Made by a program: the position numbers and the translations under genes. A stretch of 64,000 nucleotides of DNA, from positions 384,001-448,000 of the forward strand of contig CAVRAY010000001.1 of assembly GCA_963719225.1 (NCBI GenBank), written 5' to 3'. Source of the stretch: Thermoanaerobaculia bacterium (GTDB lineage Bacteria > Acidobacteriota > Thermoanaerobaculia > UBA5066). This document shows positions 58,344 through 64,000 of the stretch, in pieces. Position 1 is the first letter of the stretch, and the number at the start of each line of letters is the position of its first letter. The notes under the pieces were generated by a model. That model saw only the letters and a program-made list of their open reading frames with translations, had not been told where the DNA came from and made no database searches.

Positions 58344-60623
58344 ATGAGGCGCGCTCTCTCGGGGCTCCTCGCCGCGGCGCTTGCGGCGGTGCTTCTCGCG
58401 TTCGCCGCCCTCGGCTTTCTCGTCGAACGGAATCTTCCGGACCTTTTGTTTCCGAGAATCCCGGGCCTCGACGCGAGCGTTTCCGTTTCGTTCGACGACC
58501 GGGGCGTCGCAACCGTGACGGCCGGGAGCGTCGGAGACGCCCTCCGCGCCCAGGGTTATCTCACGGCGCGCGAGCGGCTGTTCCAGATGGAGCTCCAGCG
58601 CCGCGCTGCCGGCGGCGAGCTGGCGGAAATCTTCGGGAAAATCGTTCTCCCGTCGGACCGGCTTCACCGGACCTACGGTTTTCCCCGCGTCGCCGAAGCA
58701 GCCGTTCCTCTCCTTCCCGCGGCGGAACGTGCGGACGTCCAGGCGCTGACGGACGGCATCAACGCGTTCGTCGACACGCATGCGGGCCGCTGGGGCCTGG
58801 AGTTCGCCCTGTTGCGGCTCGAGCCGCGCCGATACACCGCGGCCGATGCGTTGCGCGTTCTGCTCCTCATGTGCGAGGACCTATCCTCTTCCTGGCGAAG
58901 GGAGCTGGCCAACGAGCGTCTCCTCAGTCGCCCGCGCGCGCTTCGGCGGTTCCTGACCTCGCCGTTCACGTCCGACGATCTCGTCCTCTTTCCGGACGCC
59001 GGGAAACCCGAGCTGCCCGTGCTGCCCGAGCTGGAAGGCGCGGTTCCGGCCGCTGCCCTCGGTCTCGCATCCCCTGACACGTCCGAAGAGGAACGCGCCG
59101 GCTCGAATGGCTGGGTCGTCTCCGGCGCCCTGACCAAGAGCGGCAAGCCCATTCTCGCGAACGATCCGCACCTCGGCTTGAACATGCCCGGGATCTGGCT
59201 GCCGATGCGTTTCGTCATCCGCGGCCGCGTCGTCGAAGGCGTGACCTTGCCGGGGCTCCCGGGCGTCACCTTGGGGCGGAGCGAGCGCGTCGCGTGGGGA
59301 TTCACGAACCTCTACGCCGACGTCCAGGACCTCTACCGGGAGACGATCGTGGACGGCAGGGCGAAGCGCGGCTCGGAATGGGAACCCGTCCGCGAGCGCG
59401 AAGAGACGATCCGGGTGCGCGGCGCGGCTGAAGAGCGCCTCGTCGTCCGCGAGACGTCGCACGGCCCCCTCGTGTCGGAGAACCTCGCGCTGAAATGGGT
59501 CGTGCTCGATCCCTCGCACCTGCGGCTTCCCTCGTCGCGGGTCATGCAAGCCGTGGACTCCGAGGGCGTGAAGGTCGCTCTCGACGAACTCCTCGCGCCC
59601 GCGCAGAACGTCGTCTGGGCCGACGCTGCCGGTCACATCGGGTGGCGGGCGACCGGCCTCGTCCCGGTGCGGAGGCCGGGCACCGACGGTAGCGTGCCGT
59701 ATGACGGATCGGATCCTTCGAACGACTGGAAGGGCTTCGTGCCGCAGTCGGAGATGCCGCGCGCCGAGGATCCGGCAGAGGGTTTCCTCGCCACCGCGAA
59801 CCAGCGCGTGGCGGGGACGAGCTGGCCTCACGTGCTCGGCACCGACTGGCCCTCGCCCGCGCGGGCGCGCCGCATCGCATCCCTGCTGGAGGCCGCGAAG
59901 CACGAGGGACGCAAGCTCGACCGTGCCGCCGCCGAATCGATCCAGCTCGACACCGCCTCGCCCGCTCTCGCCGCCGTCATGGGAGCGCTCGCGCCTTTCC
60001 TGCCCGCGAAATGGGCCAGGCGATTCCGGGGTTGGGACGGGCGCGCCGACGCGGACTCGGCATCGTTCCTCGTCGCGCGCGCGTTTCGCCGCAGGCTGGG
60101 TGAGCGCGTCCTTCAGGCGTGGCGGATCCCGCCCGGGATCGGCCTCTCGGAGTACCGGGTCCTGGACGTCGCTCGGGCGAACGACGCCGCCTTCCGGCGG
60201 GCCGGACTCGGAGCCAAGGCGATGCTCGTCCGGGGGGCTTTCGACGAGGCGCTCGCGGACCTTTCCAAGAGCGGCCACGATCCCGCGCGCTTCTGCTGGG
60301 GCGAGGCGAACCGGCTCGCCGTGCGGCATCCGCTGGGGCGCGTGCCGGGCCTCGCCTGGCTCTTCGATCCGCCGTCGTTTCCGCAATCGGGGGCGACAGG
60401 AATCGTGCGGGTCGCCTCCGCCACGTTCGGGCAGTCCATGCGCTTCATCGTGGACTGGGGAGCGCCGGAAGAGGCGACCCTCGTCGTCCCCTTCGGCGTC
60501 TCCGGGCACGTGGGCTCGCCTCATCGCTTCGACCAGCTTCCTCTCTGGCGCAACGGCGATCCCTCCGGCGCTTCGACCCGGTTGTCGCGGCCCGCGCGCG
60601 AAAAAGCCGTCTTCCTGCCTTGA
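58344..60623 (+). CDS. penicillin acylase family Ntn-hydrolase
   Basis: QGY..ARERLFQMEL.RR, GSNGW (beta-chain Ser), ANDPHL, WGFTN and ATANQR. Confidence 0.9.
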   Translation: MRRALSGLLAAALAAVLLAFAALGFLVERNLPDLLFPRIPGLDASVSVSFDDRGVATVTAGSVGDALRAQGYLTARERLFQMELQRRAAGGELAEIFGKIVLPSDRLHRTYGFPRVAEAAVPLLPAAERADVQALTDGINAFVDTHAGRWGLEFALLRLEPRRYTAADALRVLLLMCEDLSSSWRRELANERLLSRPRALRRFLTSPFTSDDLVLFPDAGKPELPVLPELEGAVPAAALGLASPDTSEEERAGSNGWVVSGALTKSGKPILANDPHLGLNMPGIWLPMRFVIRGRVVEGVTLPGLPGVTLGRSERVAWGFTNLYADVQDLYRETIVDGRAKRGSEWEPVREREETIRVRGAAEERLVVRETSHGPLVSENLALKWVVLDPSHLRLPSSRVMQAVDSEGVKVALDELLAPAQNVVWADAAGHIGWRATGLVPVRRPGTDGSVPYDGSDPSNDWKGFVPQSEMPRAEDPAEGFLATANQRVAGTSWPHVLGTDWPSPARARRIASLLEAAKHEGRKLDRAAAESIQLDTASPALAAVMGALAPFLPAKWARRFRGWDGRADADSASFLVARAFRRRLGERVLQAWRIPPGIGLSEYRVLDVARANDAAFRRAGLGAKAMLVRGAFDEALADLSKSGHDPARFCWGEANRLAVRHPLGRVPGLAWLFDPPSFPQSGATGIVRVASATFGQSMRFIVDWGAPEEATLVVPFGVSGHVGSPHRFDQLPLWRNGDPSGASTRLSRPAREKAVFLP

Positions 60624-61504
60624 GAATTTTCGTCTTCACCCTTGCCGCACTGGCGGCTTTCCGCCCGCCGGTGCTTCCGCGCCCTCTCTGGCTGACGGTC
60701 ACGGCCTCCGCCTCGAGACCGCGACAGGGCGGCATCGTGGCGTTCACGGTCAGGAGCGAGCGCGCCCTCCCCGGGCTCGTCCTCGTCGACGGGGATGCGC
60801 GCATTCCGCTCGAGCGCGAAACGGACGGCACCAGGTTCCACGGCCTCTACGGTCTGGACCTCGAGGCGACGACCGGCGAGCGTCGGCTCTCCTTCGAGAC
60901 TCCCGACGGTGCGGTGACGGTCCCCTGGTCCTTACGCGTGGCCCCGGGCCGCTTCAGAGTCCAACGTCTCTCCGTCGATCAGCGCTTCGTGGAGGTGCCT
61001 GAGGAGGAGCGCGAGCGGGTGAAGGCGGATCAGGCTCGAGTCGCGGCGGCGTACCGTCACGCGTCGGAGGCCCGGCTCTCCACGTCTTTCGAGCGGCCTC
61101 TTCGCGCTCGATCCAGCGGCAACTTCGGCGCGCGCCGCGTCTACAACGGCAAGACCGAGAGCTTTCACGCGGGACTCGACCTGTCGGCCGCCGAAGGGAC
61201 TCCGGTCGCGGCCGCCGGCGACGGGCGCGTCGTTCTCGCGGGAGATCTCTACTTCAGCGGCGGCACGGTGCTCCTGGATCACGGGGCCGGCCTTTTCACG
61301 CAGTATTTCCACCTTTCGCGCATCGACGTGAAGGAGGGAGACGCCGTCGCGAAGGGAACACGCCTCGGCGCGTCGGGGCACACGGGACGCGTCACGGGCC
61401 CGCACCTGCACTGGGGCGCGAGGCTCCACGGGGCGCGCGTGGATCCCGTGAATCTCCTCGTGCTTCCCGCGTGGCCCCTTCCAAGCACCGACGCGGCTCC
61501 TTGA
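60620..61504 (+). CDS. M23 family metallopeptidase
   Basis: HAGLD, YFHL and TGPHLHWG. TTG start overlapping the upstream stop is inferred. Confidence 0.88.
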   Translation: MRIFVFTLAALAAFRPPVLPRPLWLTVTASASRPRQGGIVAFTVRSERALPGLVLVDGDARIPLERETDGTRFHGLYGLDLEATTGERRLSFETPDGAVTVPWSLRVAPGRFRVQRLSVDQRFVEVPEEERERVKADQARVAAAYRHASEARLSTSFERPLRARSSGNFGARRVYNGKTESFHAGLDLSAAEGTPVAAAGDGRVVLAGDLYFSGGTVLLDHGAGLFTQYFHLSRIDVKEGDAVAKGTRLGASGHTGRVTGPHLHWGARLHGARVDPVNLLVLPAWPLPSTDAAP

Positions 61505-61518
61505 ACTAGACTTCGGGC

Positions 61519-61929
61519 ATGAGCGTCTTCATGAGCGGGAGACTGACTTCCCCCACGTCCACCGAGCTCGTCCACGGCCCGTCCGGAGCCGTTCTCGAGA
61601 CCACGGCTCCGAGGGACAACGGCGGCGACGGGAGCCGCTTCTCGCCTACGGACCTCTGCACCGCCTCGGCCGCCTCGTGCGCCGCGACGACCGTGAGCCT
61701 CTACGCGACGCGCAACGGAATTCCGCTGACCTCGATCGGGTTCGAGATCGAGAAGCACATGACCGCCGAGCCCCCGCGGCGCATCGCCAGGCTCGTGGCG
61801 CGCTTTCGCGTTTCGTCCCCGTGCGGCGACGAGGACTTCCAGAAGCTCGTCCAGGTCGGCAAGGCTTGTCCCGTCTTCCGCTCGCTGCACCCCGACGTCC
61901 TCATCGAGGACGTCTGGGAGCGGGGTTGA
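61519..61929 (+). CDS. OsmC family protein
   Basis: APRDNGGDG.FSPTDL...ASC and ACPV.RSLHP. Confidence 0.88.
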   Translation: MSVFMSGRLTSPTSTELVHGPSGAVLETTAPRDNGGDGSRFSPTDLCTASAASCAATTVSLYATRNGIPLTSIGFEIEKHMTAEPPRRIARLVARFRVSSPCGDEDFQKLVQVGKACPVFRSLHPDVLIEDVWERG

Positions 61930-61958
61930 GCGCCTTCCAGGTCCTCGATCTCGAGTGA

Positions 61959-62933
61959 TCAGGAGACGTTGGAGAAAGAGCCCGTCTCTCCCAGGGGAAA
62001 CCGCTCGGCCTCGATCTCGTAGCCAGCGGCCTGCCACGCGTCGAGCCCCCCTTCCAGCGGACGGACGAGCGTGAACCCGCGGTCCATGAGGAGGCGTGCC
62101 ACACGGGCCGCCGACGCTTCATTCGGTCACGTGCAGTAGAGGACGATTTCCCGATCCGTCGGCAGGTGCGAGATCTTCTCGTCCAGCTCGGCGACGTCGG
62201 CGACGATCGCCCCCGGGATTCGCCGCGGGTCGCGAGCGCGCGCGCTGCCGGACCGCACGTCGACGATCACCGGAGCCTCGCCGTCGTCCATGAGCCGGCG
62301 CAGATCGGTCGCGCGAATGCGCGCCATGCGCAGGACCTTGTAAAACCGCCTCCGCTGCATCCACTTCGCCGCGATGTAGAGGAGGAGCGCGAGGCCCAGG
62401 AGGACGAGAGCGCTTCCACCGAGCCCCGAGAGAAACGAAAGAGCCCGCTCGACGGCGCCATGGAAGAGGGCGCCGAGCGCCAGAGCGCCGCCTGCCCAGA
62501 GCACCGTGCCTCCCGCCGTGAACAGGAGGAACCGCGAAAGCGGCGCCTTCGCGGCGCCCGCGAGAGGAGGCGCGACGGTGGAATAGCCGGGGATGAACTT
62601 CGCGACGAGAAGGGACGCGAGGCCGTACGTGTCGAAGAGGCCCTCGGTCTGGCGCACGCAGGAATCCGGAGAGAGAGAAACCTTGCAGAGAGTCTTGAGG
62701 ATCTTCTGTCCGTAGCGGCGTCCGAGGAGGTACCAGACCGTGTCGGCCGCGACCGTCGCCACGAGGGCGGCGGCGAGGAGCTTTCCGAACTGCAGCCTGC
62801 CGTCCGCCGCCAGCGCTCCCGCCACGACGAGCGTCGGGACAGCGGGAACCGGGATGCCGAGCTGCTCGACGAGGACGTTCAGGAAGACGAACCCGACGCC
62901 ATGCTCGAGGATGAGGGCCGTCAGCTCGTTCAC
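61959..62933 (-). CDS. DedA (VTT) + rhodanese fusion with in-frame UGA, probable selenoprotein (CTU motif)
   Basis: DedA motifs (EQLGIPVPA, AKFIPG). The rhodanese continues past TGA 62127-62129 as PNEASAARVA...PLEGGLDAW to a stop at 61959. Confidence 0.8.
62093..62112 (-). promoter_or_regulatory. candidate bacterial SECIS hairpin
   Basis: GGCG-GCC-CGUGU-GGC-A-CGCC starting 14 nt after the UGA; G in the second loop position. Confidence 0.55.
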
Positions 62934-62934
62934 G

Positions 62935-63495
62935 TCAGCTCACGCCCGTCGACGAGGAGGAGACGGACGCCGGATCGACGCCGAGGCGCGCGAGGGCGCG
63001 CTCCCAGAGTCCCGTCACGTCGTGCGTGAAGACGAGCGCTGGGTCCCAGGGCAGGACGAGCCAGGTTCCTTCCTCCATCTCGCTCTCGAGCTGGTCCGCC
63101 GCCCAGCCCGAATACCCGAGGACGAGGAGACCCGGCGTGCCGGACGCCGGCGGCGCGGCGAAAAGCCTGGGAAGAATCTCCGCGGCGACCGAGACGCGCA
63201 ACCCGGGAGCCATCTCGACGGATTCGACGCCGGGCATCTCGTCGGTGAAGAGCGCGACGAGGCCGTTCGTGAAGATCGGGCCGCCGACGCGAAGCGGCGT
63301 CTCGGGATGGACACTCGTGTCCAGAGGCGGAGCGAGGAGCGAGACCGCCGGCTCGCCGAGGAACCGGTTTACGACCCAGCCCAGGGCGCCTTCGCGCGTG
63401 TGGTGGCCCATGACGACGACCGTCTTCTGGAAGTTCGGATCGAGCATGACGGGCGCGGCGAGAAGCAGATAGGGCGTCGTGAGGGACTCGACCAC
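62935..63495 (-). CDS. YqgE/AlgH family protein
   Basis: MLDPNFQKTVV, GALGWVVNR, VGGP and GYSGWAADQLESE. Confidence 0.9.
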   Translation of the reverse strand: MVESLTTPYLLLAAPVMLDPNFQKTVVVMGHHTREGALGWVVNRFLGEPAVSLLAPPLDTSVHPETPLRVGGPIFTNGLVALFTDEMPGVESVEMAPGLRVSVAAEILPRLFAAPPASGTPGLLVLGYSGWAADQLESEMEEGTWLVLPWDPALVFTHDVTGLWERALARLGVDPASVSSSSTGVS

Positions 63496-63538
63496 GCGGG
63501 AAGACTAGCGCGCCCGGCCGTCCCGCCCAAGGGGCGCG

Positions 63539-64000
63539 TCAGGTCGCGAACGCCTGCCAGGCCGCACGCGCGACCCGGGCGATGGCCTCCTCGCGGGACC
63601 CCGCATTCCGGCCGCCTCGCGTGAAGACGACGATGGCGAGATGGGTCCCATCGGGAAGCCTCACGATCCCCGCGTCGTTCGCGCAGCGCCCGACGGTGCC
63701 GGTCTTGTCGAGGACCTCCGTTCCTTTCGGCACGCCCGCGCGCAGGCGGCGGTCGCCCGTCGCGCAGCGGCGCATCGCATCGAGGATGCGGTCCGTCGAG
63801 GGGCGCGAAAGCAGGAGCGAGCCCGGACGCGCTCGCGGCGCTCCTCGCCCGGCGGGCCGGATCTCGACTTCCTCGTCGAGACGGAGAGTGCCTTTCTCGG
63901 CTGCGCCGAAAACGGCGATCGCGACCGGGAGCTTGAAGACGCTTGCCATCTGGAAGCGTCCCTCCCCGCGGTGCGACAGGCGCCTGCCGGATTCGACGTG
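63539..64000 (-). pseudogene. class A beta-lactamase-like gene (5' end beyond the window) lacking the central region
   Basis: RFQMASVFK (SxxK), DKTG and NDAGIV are present, but SDN and the omega loop are absent. Confidence 0.6.

Noticed and set aside
1-64000. rRNA, tRNA, integrase or transposase genes
   Set aside because: None recognised by eye; the intergenic spaces are short and lack cloverleaf motifs.

Overview
This window is very GC-rich, densely coding bacterial DNA. The gene mix (Hanks kinase-TPR, wHTH-FHA, GWxTD protein, Oar-like TonB-dependent receptors) resembles Acidobacteriota, possibly Thermoanaerobaculia; this is inference. The left part (0-23 kb) is mixed housekeeping and accessory genes: a B12 radical SAM plus cis-prenyltransferase, kbl, moaE/moaD, a parA-like gene, a kinase, a NemR-like TetR unit with a perfect operator, an APC permease and an AttE/FG/H-like ABC-lipocalin module. 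The centre (23.7-57.7 kb) is a ~34 kb cell-envelope glycosylation island. It contains wzm/wzt, an arnT-like gene, arnC/split arnA/arnD, two further GT2s, three YfhO-like GT-C proteins, a PMT-like GT-C and a frameshifted AglB/STT3-like oligosaccharyltransferase. It is interrupted by a duplicated TonB-receptor + phosphodiesterase-TPR module flanking a GWxTD gene. The right end holds peptidases, OsmC, a DedA-rhodanese, YqgE/AlgH and an internally deleted class A beta-lactamase. Main observations: (1) a recurrent intragenic DNA motif TTTCTTAGAARG..GGG in AT-enriched patches of four unrelated genes, in two reading frames; (2) a DedA-rhodanese with an in-frame UGA at the CxC position followed by a SECIS-like hairpin (likely selenoprotein); (3) a widespread leaderless-promoter architecture. 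No rRNA, tRNA, CRISPR array or transposase was recognised. All calls are by eye, without database searches.
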